DNA from: Candidatus Saccharimonadota bacterium
GTDB lineage: Bacteria > Bacteroidota > Bacteroidia > Flavobacteriales > Blattabacteriaceae
Length of the DNA stretch: 32,000 nucleotides
Assembly (NCBI RefSeq): GCF_000709555.1
Contig: NZ_CP006873.1
Coordinates: 240,001 to 272,000, forward strand
Reading direction: 5' to 3'
Position numbers and translations under genes: made by a program
The notes under the pieces: generated by a model
What the model was told of the DNA's origin: nothing
Databases searched by the model: none
The model's input: only the letters and a program-made list of their open reading frames with translations
Part shown: positions 1 through 8,081 of the stretch, one piece after another
How positions within the stretch are numbered: position 1 is the first letter of the stretch
How the letters are laid out: the number at the start of each line of letters is the position of its first letter

Positions 1-9
1 CTTTTCTTT

Positions 10-858
10 ATGGAATGTCTTAAAATAGCTTTACAAAAATCCGGTAGACTGTATACAGATTCGATAGAACTACTGAAAGATTGTGGTATAGAAATGAATT
101 TAGGAAAACAGCTTAATACAAAGTCTCTTAATTTTCCAATGGAGATTTTATTTTTACGAGATGATGATATTCCTAAATACATAGAAGATGGAGTAGCTGA
201 TGTAGGTATTGTAGGGAAAAATCTTATTTTAGAAAAAAAGAAAAATATTAATATTATAGAATATCTAGGTTTTGGCCGTTGTCGTCTATCTATTGCTGTA
301 CCTGAAAATTTTCATTATACAAGATTAGACGATCTTGACGAAAAACGAATTGCCACAAGTCATCCTACGCTTTTAAGCGCTTTTTTAAAAAAAAGCCAGA
401 TCAAAGCGCACATTCATCATATAAGCGGATCGGTAGAAATTGCACCGAATATAGGAATATCTGATGCTGTTTGTGATTTAGTTAGTAGCGGGGAAACACT
501 GTTTATCAACAATCTTAAAGAGATAGAAACTATCCTGGAATCGGAAGCTGTATTAACATCCTATCCACACATGAAATCGTCTAAAAAATCTATTGCGGAA
601 ATATTATATTGTAGAATACAGGCAGTTAAAAGAGCTAGAACCAATAAGTATCTGATACTCAATGCTACTAATGATAATTTAGAAGAAATATTATCTTGTC
701 TCTCTGGAAGTCCTACAGTACTTCCCTTAAATAATACTAAATGGATTGCAGTGCACGCTATAATAGAAGAAAGATATCTATGGAACAAGATAGAAAAACT
801 TAAAAGATTGGGTGCAAAAGACTTATTGGTTCTCCCCATTAAAAAAATGATGATTTAA
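10..858 (+). CDS. hisG: ATP phosphoribosyltransferase, long form with C-terminal regulatory domain
   Basis: 282-aa ORF. N-terminus MECLKIALQKSGRLYTDSIELLKDCGI matches the HisG pattern (kiAlqKsGRL..s..LL..cGi). It is the first gene of a his cluster. Confidence 0.9.
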   Translation: MECLKIALQKSGRLYTDSIELLKDCGIEMNLGKQLNTKSLNFPMEILFLRDDDIPKYIEDGVADVGIVGKNLILEKKKNINIIEYLGFGRCRLSIAVPENFHYTRLDDLDEKRIATSHPTLLSAFLKKSQIKAHIHHISGSVEIAPNIGISDAVCDLVSSGETLFINNLKEIETILESEAVLTSYPHMKSSKKSIAEILYCRIQAVKRARTNKYLILNATNDNLEEILSCLSGSPTVLPLNNTKWIAVHAIIEERYLWNKIEKLKRLGAKDLLVLPIKKMMI

Positions 859-892
859 AAAAAAATAGGAGGTCCTCAAAATATAAAAACTA

Positions 893-1978
893 ATGAAAAA
901 AAAGTTTCTTTTCATTGAAAGAGAGGGGCCTATAATTATAGAAAATCCTACCCCAGTTATTTTCTATCCAGGAGTATTTTCATTTCTTTCACGTATATTC
1001 TCTGAACTCGATTATGAACTAGTCATAGGGACTAATCAAGAGGGACTAGGGACAGAAAACTTTCCAGAAGAAAAATTTTGGCCAAAACAAGAATATATCA
1101 TGAAAACTTTTGAAGGTGAGGGTATTTATTTTTCTTCTGTACATATTTATCGGACTCTGGCAAAAGAAAACGCATATACCAGAAAATCTTGGACTGATAT
1201 GCTTCTAACTAATTATGATATTTCAAATTCTTTTTTTATAGGGGATATAATTACATATGTTCTCTTAGCTCAAAATCTTGGTTGTAAAGCGATATGGATG
1301 AATAAGGAAAATTGTAAGACGAGTCAAGAACTTAACCCTTTGATCTCTTTTGAAACCGTTTTTTGGAACCAAATTTATGAGTATCTTAAATTCGGACTTC
1401 GATGTAACACGAATAGACGTATCACTAATGAAACCGACATCAAAATTTCCCTGCAACTTGATGGTACTGGAAAAACTAATATCCATACTGGGCTCGGTTT
1501 TTTAAATCATATGCTTGAACAGATCGGTTGTCAGGGAAAATTTGACCTAACTATTAAGGTGCGTGGAGATCTACATATTGATGAACACCATACTATTGAA
1601 GATATTGGTCTCGCTCTTGGCGCTACTTTTACTAAAGCTTTAGGAGATAAGAAAGGAATTGTTAGATATGGATATTCTATATTACCTATGGATGATTCAC
1701 TAGCGAAAGTAGCGATGGATCTGGGAGGTCGAAGTCATTTAGTATGGAAGGTAAATTTTGGCATAGAAAAAATAGGTGATGTCCCTACAGAAATGTTTTC
1801 ACATTTTTTTAAATCTTTTTCTAATACAGCACACTGTAATATTCACATCCAAGCTGAAGGAAAGAACGAACATCATAAAATAGAAGCTATATTTAAAGCC
1901 TTTGCTAGAACACTTCATATGATTATCCGCAGAAATATAAATTACTATGAATTACCTACAACTAAAGGAATGCTATGA
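893..1978 (+). CDS. hisB: Bifunctional histidinol-phosphatase (HAD domain, apparently degenerate) / imidazoleglycerol-phosphate dehydratase
   Basis: 361-aa ORF. The C-terminal half carries IGPD motifs (GDLHIDEHHTIEDIGLALG, GKNEHHKIEAIFKAFARTL). The N-terminal half aligns to the HisB HAD phosphatase, but motif I reads FIEREGP instead of FIDRDGT. Confidence 0.9.
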   Translation: MKKKFLFIEREGPIIIENPTPVIFYPGVFSFLSRIFSELDYELVIGTNQEGLGTENFPEEKFWPKQEYIMKTFEGEGIYFSSVHIYRTLAKENAYTRKSWTDMLLTNYDISNSFFIGDIITYVLLAQNLGCKAIWMNKENCKTSQELNPLISFETVFWNQIYEYLKFGLRCNTNRRITNETDIKISLQLDGTGKTNIHTGLGFLNHMLEQIGCQGKFDLTIKVRGDLHIDEHHTIEDIGLALGATFTKALGDKKGIVRYGYSILPMDDSLAKVAMDLGGRSHLVWKVNFGIEKIGDVPTEMFSHFFKSFSNTAHCNIHIQAEGKNEHHKIEAIFKAFARTLHMIIRRNINYYELPTTKGML

Positions 1979-2574
1979 AAATTGTTATTGTTAAATATTC
2001 TTCTGGGAATGTACAATCAGTCCTTTTCTCTCTAAAGAATCTTGGATATAACGCTATTATAAGCGATGAATTAGATATAATTAAAAATTCTGATAAAGTT
2101 ATCATTCCAGGAGTAGGAGAAGCTAGATCAGCCATGGAGTATTTTCATAAAACAGGTTTAGGAGAATTGATTGTTAGATTAACACAACCTGTTTTGGGAA
2201 TTTGTCTCGGAATGCAACTTCTTTGTAAATTCTCTGAAGAAAATAACACACCATGTTTAGGGGTTTTTGATATACCAGTGAAAAAATTTAGACCTCCCTA
2301 TAGCAGTAATACATTTAAAGTTCCACATATTGGATGGAATAACCTTTTTAATCTTCAAGGAAAACTTTTTAATGGAATACACAATGAAGTCGTCTATCAG
2401 TATTTTGTCCACAGTTATTATGTCCCATTTGGATCTCAGACAATAGCTACAATAGATTATATTACCCCTTGTAGCGCAGCTTTGCAAAAAGAAAATTTTT
2501 ATGGCGTCCAATTTCATCCAGAAAAATCCGGAATGGATGGTAAAAAAATGATAAAAAATTTTTTGAATCTATAA
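1975..2574 (+). CDS. hisH: Imidazole glycerol phosphate synthase, glutamine amidotransferase subunit
   Basis: 199-aa ORF with the class-I GATase catalytic Cys context (GICLGMQLL) and GVQFHPEKS. ATGA 4-nt overlap with the hisB stop. Confidence 0.93.
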   Translation: MKIVIVKYSSGNVQSVLFSLKNLGYNAIISDELDIIKNSDKVIIPGVGEARSAMEYFHKTGLGELIVRLTQPVLGICLGMQLLCKFSEENNTPCLGVFDIPVKKFRPPYSSNTFKVPHIGWNNLFNLQGKLFNGIHNEVVYQYFVHSYYVPFGSQTIATIDYITPCSAALQKENFYGVQFHPEKSGMDGKKMIKNFLNL

Positions 2575-2584
2575 ATTTGGTCTA

Positions 2585-3301
2585 ATGCAAATTATTCCAG
2601 CAATAGATATTATAGATGGAAAGTGTGTTCGACTCACCCAAGGTGATTTTTCTATTAAAAAAATCTATAGCGAAAATCCGTTAGAAATAGCATTGCGTTT
2701 TGAGGATTATGGAATATCTCGATTACATTTGGTAGATCTTGATGGTGCAAAAAAAAGAAGAGTTATTCACTGGAAGGTTTTAGAAAAAATAGCTAGACAT
2801 ACTCGACTATTGATTGACTTTGGTGGTGGAATACAGAAAAGTGAGGATGTCAAAACTGTTTTTGACAGTGGGGCTTATATGGCTACAGTAGGGAGTATAA
2901 TTGTATCCAACCCTAATTTGTTTCTAAATTGGATTATCCAATATGGAAAGGACAAATTTTTTATAGGAGTAGACGTTAAAAACGAAAAAATTGCTATGTC
3001 AGGATGGACAAAAATTACTGACGTTTCTTTATGGGATTTAATTTCTGATCGAATAAACAATAATGTACAAAATATTTTTTGTACAGATATTGCTAAAGAT
3101 GGGAGGTTATCTGGTCCTTCTATAAGTCTCTATAAAAAAATTATGCACAGATTTCCTAAATTAGGATTAACCGCTAGCGGCGGTATAAGTACTATAAAAG
3201 ATCTGGAATATTTGAAATCTATCGGGTGTCATGGAGCAATTATAGGAAAAGCTATTTATGAGAACAAAATTCGTCTTTCTGAGATAAAAAAAAAATGCTA
3301 A
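2585..3301 (+). CDS. hisA: ProFAR isomerase
   Basis: 238-aa ORF. MQIIPAIDIIDGKCVRLTQGDF is the typical HisA N-terminus, and a C-terminal ASGGIS..L motif is present. Confidence 0.93.
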   Translation: MQIIPAIDIIDGKCVRLTQGDFSIKKIYSENPLEIALRFEDYGISRLHLVDLDGAKKRRVIHWKVLEKIARHTRLLIDFGGGIQKSEDVKTVFDSGAYMATVGSIIVSNPNLFLNWIIQYGKDKFFIGVDVKNEKIAMSGWTKITDVSLWDLISDRINNNVQNIFCTDIAKDGRLSGPSISLYKKIMHRFPKLGLTASGGISTIKDLEYLKSIGCHGAIIGKAIYENKIRLSEIKKKC

Positions 3302-4068
3302 CTAAACGAATTATTCCCTGTTTAGATATTAAAGACGGAAAAACTGTCAAAGGAATTTGTTTTGAACAATTGAAATATGCCGGTGATCCAGTACAACTAG
3401 CAACATATTATGTTGAAGAAGGCGCTGATGAACTAGTCTTTTTAGATATAAGCGCTACTTCTGAAAAGAGAAAAACCGCGCATGAACTAGTTAAAAAAAT
3501 AGCTAAAAAACTTTGGATACCATTTACTATTGGTGGAGGAATCGGATCGGTCAAAGATGTCGAAATTTTGCTTAATGCTGGAGCAGATAAGATATCAGTC
3601 AATACCGCTGCCTTTAAAAAACCTAAATTTCTTGACGAATTGGTAAAAATATTTGGAAGTCAATGTATTGTTTTATCTATAGATACACGTCAGATTCATG
3701 ATGAATGGTGGGTTTATCTTAATGGTGGACGGATAAAAACTAATGTTAAAGCAATCGATTGGGCTAAAGAAGCTGTTTATAGGGGTGTAGGAGAAATTCT
3801 ATTAACTTCTATGAATCATGATGGCACAAAAAATGGATTTGCGGTAGATTTAACTCGTGAATTTTCGTCAAAATTTTCTATACCTATTATTGCGTCTGGA
3901 GGCGCTGGAAAATTGGAAGATTTCTATAATATTTTTGTTCAAGGAAAAGCAGATGCCGCCCTGGCAGCTAGCATTTTTCATTACAAAGAAATAAAAATAC
4001 CCCAACTAAAAAATTATTTAAATGAACGGAAATTACCTATACACCTTACAAAAAGTAAACATATGTAA
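3295..4068 (+). CDS. hisF: Imidazole glycerol phosphate synthase, cyclase subunit
   Basis: 257-aa ORF with RIIPCLDIKDGKTVKG, FTIGGGI and IASGGAG motifs. Overlaps the hisA end by 7 nt. Confidence 0.95.
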   Translation: MLTKRIIPCLDIKDGKTVKGICFEQLKYAGDPVQLATYYVEEGADELVFLDISATSEKRKTAHELVKKIAKKLWIPFTIGGGIGSVKDVEILLNAGADKISVNTAAFKKPKFLDELVKIFGSQCIVLSIDTRQIHDEWWVYLNGGRIKTNVKAIDWAKEAVYRGVGEILLTSMNHDGTKNGFAVDLTREFSSKFSIPIIASGGAGKLEDFYNIFVQGKADAALAASIFHYKEIKIPQLKNYLNERKLPIHLTKSKHM

Positions 4069-4724
4069 TGAACACACCTCCTATTAACGTTATCGATTTT
4101 TCAAAATCGATAGATAAACTAGTTCCGGCAATTATTCAAGATGCCGATACTTCAAAAGTAATTATGTTAGGATACATGAACGAGGAAGCTTATTTAAAAA
4201 CGGTACAAACTAAACGAGTAACTTTCTATAGCCGATCTAAAAAAAGACTATGGATAAAAGGAGAAAAAAGTGGGAATTATCTGATACTTAGAGAAATAAT
4301 GCTCGATTGCGATAAAGATACCTTACTTATTAAAGTTTGTCCTTTAGGAGCGAGTTGTCATACAGGAACCTACACTTGTTGGAAAGAACCGAATGAAGAA
4401 ACCTATGGATTTTTAAGTAGATTGGAAGAAATTATACGTTCTAGGAAAGACCCTAAAGACCCTAAAGACCCTAAAGACCCTAAAGACCCTAAAGACCCTA
4501 GATCTTCTTATGTAGCTACACTCTTTAAAAGAGGACTGAATAGCATTTTACAAAAAGTGGGAGAAGAATCTATAGAACTTATTATAGAAGCTAAGGATGA
4601 AAATCCAATACTTTTTCTAAATGAATCAGCTGATCTATTATTTCATTATATGATATTATTGCAGATAAAAGGCTATACAATAAAATCAGTAACGGAGATT
4701 TTAAAGAATCGCAATGTGTTATGA
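4068..4724 (+). CDS. hisIE: Bifunctional phosphoribosyl-AMP cyclohydrolase / phosphoribosyl-ATP pyrophosphatase
   Basis: 218-aa ORF. The HisI part reads LVPAIIQD...GEKSGN...DCDKDTLL...CHTG. The HisE part reads SSYVATLF..G...ILQKVGEESIELIIEA. TAATG 1-nt overlap with hisF. Confidence 0.9.
   Translation: MNTPPINVIDFSKSIDKLVPAIIQDADTSKVIMLGYMNEEAYLKTVQTKRVTFYSRSKKRLWIKGEKSGNYLILREIMLDCDKDTLLIKVCPLGASCHTGTYTCWKEPNEETYGFLSRLEEIIRSRKDPKDPKDPKDPKDPKDPRSSYVATLFKRGLNSILQKVGEESIELIIEAKDENPILFLNESADLLFHYMILLQIKGYTIKSVTEILKNRNVL
4446..4499. repeat. Perfect tandem repeat, 6 copies of the 9-bp unit aaagaccct, in frame, encoding (KDP)x6 inside hisIE
   Basis: Direct reading of the sequence: six identical adjacent 9-mers. 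The protein reads RKDPKDPKDPKDPKDPKDPRSS. Confidence 0.97.
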
Positions 4725-5492
4725 AAAATAACGTGCAGATTTACTTAGGTTAATAAATTCGTCTACGGAAAGTTCTTCAGCCCTTTTATCGAGAATAGGC
4801 ATAGTATAAAAAGATTTAGATAGAGATAAAGGCTTAAGTGAATTTCTAAGTATTTTTCTTCGATGATTAAATCCACTTTTAACAATTTTAAAAAAAATAG
4901 ATTCATCTGTTCTTTCTAAAGAAGATAATTTTCTTCGAAATCTAACTATGGCAGATTTTACTTTAGGGATAGGGAAAAAGACTTTCTCATTAACTGTAAA
5001 AAGATATTCTACTTCGTAGAACGCCTGTACTAAAACTGAAATAATTCCATAAATTTTACTACCATGTTTTCCCACAATTCTCTGAGCCATATCTTTTTGA
5101 AACATCCCTATACACTCTGGGACGGAATTACGATAACGAAGTAGTCTAAATAAAATCTGGGAAGAAATATTGTACGGAAAATTGCCGATCAAGGCAAAAG
5201 AAGTAATAGAAGGTTCCCATTTTAAGAAGTCTGCATGTATGATATGGTCTTTTAAAAAGGTAAATTCTTGACGTAAATAGTTTACAGCTTCCACATCAAT
5301 TTCAATAAGAAAAAGCTCTAGCGTTTTTATCTTTAAGAGATATTGTGTAAGCATCCCTATTCCAGGTCCTACTTCTACTACTGAAGAATAACCTTTAAAA
5401 GAAAGGCTGCACACAATTTTTTTAGCAATGTTTTTATCAATTAGAAAATGCTGACCTAAATATTTTTTAGGCCTAATTTTTATACTGCACAT
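4719..5492 (-). CDS. rsmA: 16S rRNA (adenine1518/1519-N6)-dimethyltransferase
   Basis: Motifs KKYLGQHFL, VVEVGPGIGMLT (SAM binding) and GNFPYNISSQILF. The ORF is open up to 5591, but the family-typical start is the ATG at 5492 (MCSIKIRPKKYLGQHFL). The upstream extension overlaps the metG remnant. The 3' end overlaps hisIE convergently by 6 nt. Confidence 0.88.
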   Translation of the reverse strand: MCSIKIRPKKYLGQHFLIDKNIAKKIVCSLSFKGYSSVVEVGPGIGMLTQYLLKIKTLELFLIEIDVEAVNYLRQEFTFLKDHIIHADFLKWEPSITSFALIGNFPYNISSQILFRLLRYRNSVPECIGMFQKDMAQRIVGKHGSKIYGIISVLVQAFYEVEYLFTVNEKVFFPIPKVKSAIVRFRRKLSSLERTDESIFFKIVKSGFNHRRKILRNSLKPLSLSKSFYTMPILDKRAEELSVDEFINLSKSARYFS

Positions 5493-6307
5493 GTTTATAA
5501 AAGATTTGTAGAGACGAAAAACCACGATATCTTGTATGATCCCATTAGAGCAAAAAAGGAAGGTCTTAGACCACTTTCTGATTAAGTACAATTTGGGATT
5601 TCTTTTGACCGAGAGTTCTTATGAAGAATTTAATCAGTTTTTTTCCGAGAGGTCGGACGCAGATCAACTTTAAGCGTCCCTAGGGAGACTAAGCATTGGT
5701 ATTTACCGGGATCACGGGCAATTACTAGGAGACTGGGATGGAAGGACAGGGATTATTTTTCCAGTTAAAAGCAGAAAATATCTACGGAAAGAAACTGGCT
5801 TCATGAGAAGATTTTACTGAAAGTCAGGACGGACTTCGCTATGTACTCACGGGAAATATGCCTGAAAATAAAGACAATAATTTCAGTTGGAGAGATTTCC
5901 AAACAATTCGTAATTAGTAGGGATCCCGAACTGGTATGTTTACTGAAAAGTCCCAAAACTGACAAATAACGATAGAAAAAGTTATCTGCAAGGACATATC
6001 ATAGAAACTTATCGGTTTCTAGATGAGTTTATGAAGATTCCCCAGAATAAATATTTATCTTATGAAGCTCCTTGGAAAATACAGAACAAAAACGGGATCA
6101 ACTTTCGTTGAACCTAGAACTTATGACATGAATATTTTTAGAATTAATTCCTTACCATGGAATATATTAACAGATCCAGAACTTTTAAACCCATATCATT
6201 CATTAGGAAAAATGACTATTATGTTTAAGAAAAGAGAGTCGGAAAGTATGGTATATATAGGGTTAGACACGTATCATGATCATTTTACGGTTGAAAATGA
6301 AAAATAA
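5493..6307 (+). pseudogene. metG: Eroded remnant of methionyl-tRNA synthetase
   Basis: Collinear MetRS-like peptides are spread over shifted frames: PIRAKKEGLRP, FGISFD, PRETKHWYLP, SRAITRRLGW, KISTERNW (at the KMSKS-loop position), [25 protein letters not shown], and IETYRF..NKYLSYEAPWKI. In-frame stops occur at 5583, 5622, 5631, 5766, 5915 and 5918. About 0.8 kb remains, against roughly 2 kb expected. The HIGH region is absent. Confidence 0.7.
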
Positions 6308-6310
6308 TTT

Positions 6311-7138
6311 ATGATATTACTGCATACATGGAATATGAGGGGTTATAGTTTTATGTTCTTCCTAGCTTTTTTATCAGGATGGATATTGATGAATTTATTT
6401 TACAGAAAAGAAAGAATAGAAACTCGTTCTCTTGATTCTTTATTTATATATACTGTACTAGGAACCATTATAGGTGCCCGTTTTGGGCATATATTATTCT
6501 ATAATTTGATTTTTTTTAAAAACCATTGTATGGAAGCCTTTTTTCCAGTTTGGGAAAATCCCAAAGAAGGATATGAATTTATTGGGTATCGCGGGCTATC
6601 TAGCCATGGCGCAGCTATTGGATTGATTATTTCTAATTGGTTATACAGCAAACGTATTATTAAAAAACCTTTTTTATGGATCTCCGATAGGATATGTATC
6701 CCAATTACTCTAGGAGGGGTATTTGTCCGCATAGGAAATTTTTTTAATTATGAAATAGTAGGAAAACCTACTGATTTGCCTTGGGCAGTAAAATTTATCA
6801 AGATGGATAGAGAATATGGAAAGCTAGTACCAAGACATCCGACTCAATTATATGAGTCTTTGGCAGATCTATGTATTTTTTTCATCTTGCTTCTTATTTT
6901 TCATAATAAAAAACAATATCTAGGTTATATTACTGGGTTGTTTTTTATTCTTTTATGGTCTGTCAGATTTATAATAGAATTTGTAAAAGAACCACAAGGA
7001 AGAGAAATTCTTCATATAAGTATTCTTAATACTGGGCAACTTCTTAGTATTCCTTTTATTATTCTAGGGTTTTTTATTATGGGGTTAGAAAAAATTTGTC
7101 AATATTATGAGCATTACAAAAGAACGATTATACTTTAA
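6311..7138 (+). CDS. lgt: Prolipoprotein diacylglyceryl transferase
   Basis: 275-aa polytopic membrane ORF with Lgt motifs GARFGHILFYN, GLSSHGAAIG, RIGNFFNYEIVG and PRHPTQLYES. The N-terminus looks about 15-20 aa shorter than typical Lgt. Confidence 0.88.
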   Translation: MILLHTWNMRGYSFMFFLAFLSGWILMNLFYRKERIETRSLDSLFIYTVLGTIIGARFGHILFYNLIFFKNHCMEAFFPVWENPKEGYEFIGYRGLSSHGAAIGLIISNWLYSKRIIKKPFLWISDRICIPITLGGVFVRIGNFFNYEIVGKPTDLPWAVKFIKMDREYGKLVPRHPTQLYESLADLCIFFILLLIFHNKKQYLGYITGLFFILLWSVRFIIEFVKEPQGREILHISILNTGQLLSIPFIILGFFIMGLEKICQYYEHYKRTIIL

Positions 7139-8078
7139 ACCTTTTGAGTATAAGTGGGCATATGACTATTGGTTTAAACAACAGAATGCGCATTGGTTGC
7201 ATACAGAAATTAATATGCAATCTGATATAAAAGATTGGAAAGAAAACCTGTCAGAAAAAGACAAATCTGTTATTGGGGAAATTTTAAAAGGATTTGTCCA
7301 AACAGAAACAGAAGTAGGAAACTATTGGTCAACAATGGTCCCAGAATGGTTTAAAGTACCAGAGATAAAAATGATGGCCCAAACGTTTGGGGCTTTTGAA
7401 ACGATACACGCAGTAGCTTATTCTTATTTGAACGAAATATTAGAGCTTGATGATTTTAAGGCTTTTCTTGAAGATGAGGTAACGATGAACAAGCTTCGTG
7501 GACTTATGAAGGTCCATTATGATAACAATAGAAAATATTCTATAGAAGAGATTGCACAAAGCATAGCAATTTTTTCTGCTGCAGCTGAGGGAATCCAACT
7601 TTTTTCTTCGTTTGCAGTACTACTTTCATTTAGAAAATTTAATCTATTAAAAGGTATAGGACAACAGATGATATTTTCCATACGAGATGAATCCCTACAT
7701 TCGGAAGCGGGGTGTAAACTCTTTAGAGTTCTTTGCGAAGAGAACCCAAAATTATTATTGACTATAGAAAATAATATATATAATGGGATTCTTCTAGCGC
7801 TAGAAAATGAGTTTATATTTATTGATAAAATTTTCCAGAAAGGAGATCTGACTTCTATTAGTAAAGAACAATTAAAGAATTTTATGAAAGATAGGGCTAA
7901 TAGAAAATTATTAGAACTAGGTCTAAATGAGAAATTTAAGATCAATCAGGATTTACTAGATGAAATGAATTGGTTTTACATGATTATATCATGTGAACAG
8001 CAAACTGACTTTTTTGATAACAGGGAAACCAATTATAGCAAACCTAACACCGATTGGGATACTGAAAATCTTTTTTAA
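7107..8078 (+). CDS. nrdB: Ribonucleoside-diphosphate reductase beta subunit (class I, no ATP-cone)
   Basis: 323-aa ferritin-like ORF with metal-ligand motifs (FVQTETEV, FETIHAVAY, IRDESLHSEAG). Overlaps the lgt end by 32 nt and lies directly upstream of nrdA. Confidence 0.9.
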   Translation: MSITKERLYFKPFEYKWAYDYWFKQQNAHWLHTEINMQSDIKDWKENLSEKDKSVIGEILKGFVQTETEVGNYWSTMVPEWFKVPEIKMMAQTFGAFETIHAVAYSYLNEILELDDFKAFLEDEVTMNKLRGLMKVHYDNNRKYSIEEIAQSIAIFSAAAEGIQLFSSFAVLLSFRKFNLLKGIGQQMIFSIRDESLHSEAGCKLFRVLCEENPKLLLTIENNIYNGILLALENEFIFIDKIFQKGDLTSISKEQLKNFMKDRANRKLLELGLNEKFKINQDLLDEMNWFYMIISCEQQTDFFDNRETNYSKPNTDWDTENLF

Positions 8079-8081
8079 ATT

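Noticed and set aside
868-875. Strong AGGAGG Shine-Dalgarno-like motif upstream of hisB
   Set aside because: It lies about 17 nt from the ATG, which is too far for SD function. Bacteroidetes rarely use SD, and the 16S anti-SD here is mutated. It is probably fortuitous or a relic.
6062-6307. 81-aa ORF that could be called a hypothetical protein
   Set aside because: It sits inside the metG remnant. Its 5' part is out of frame with the recognisable MetRS peptide (NKYLSYEAPWKI is in another frame). It is better treated as part of the pseudogene.
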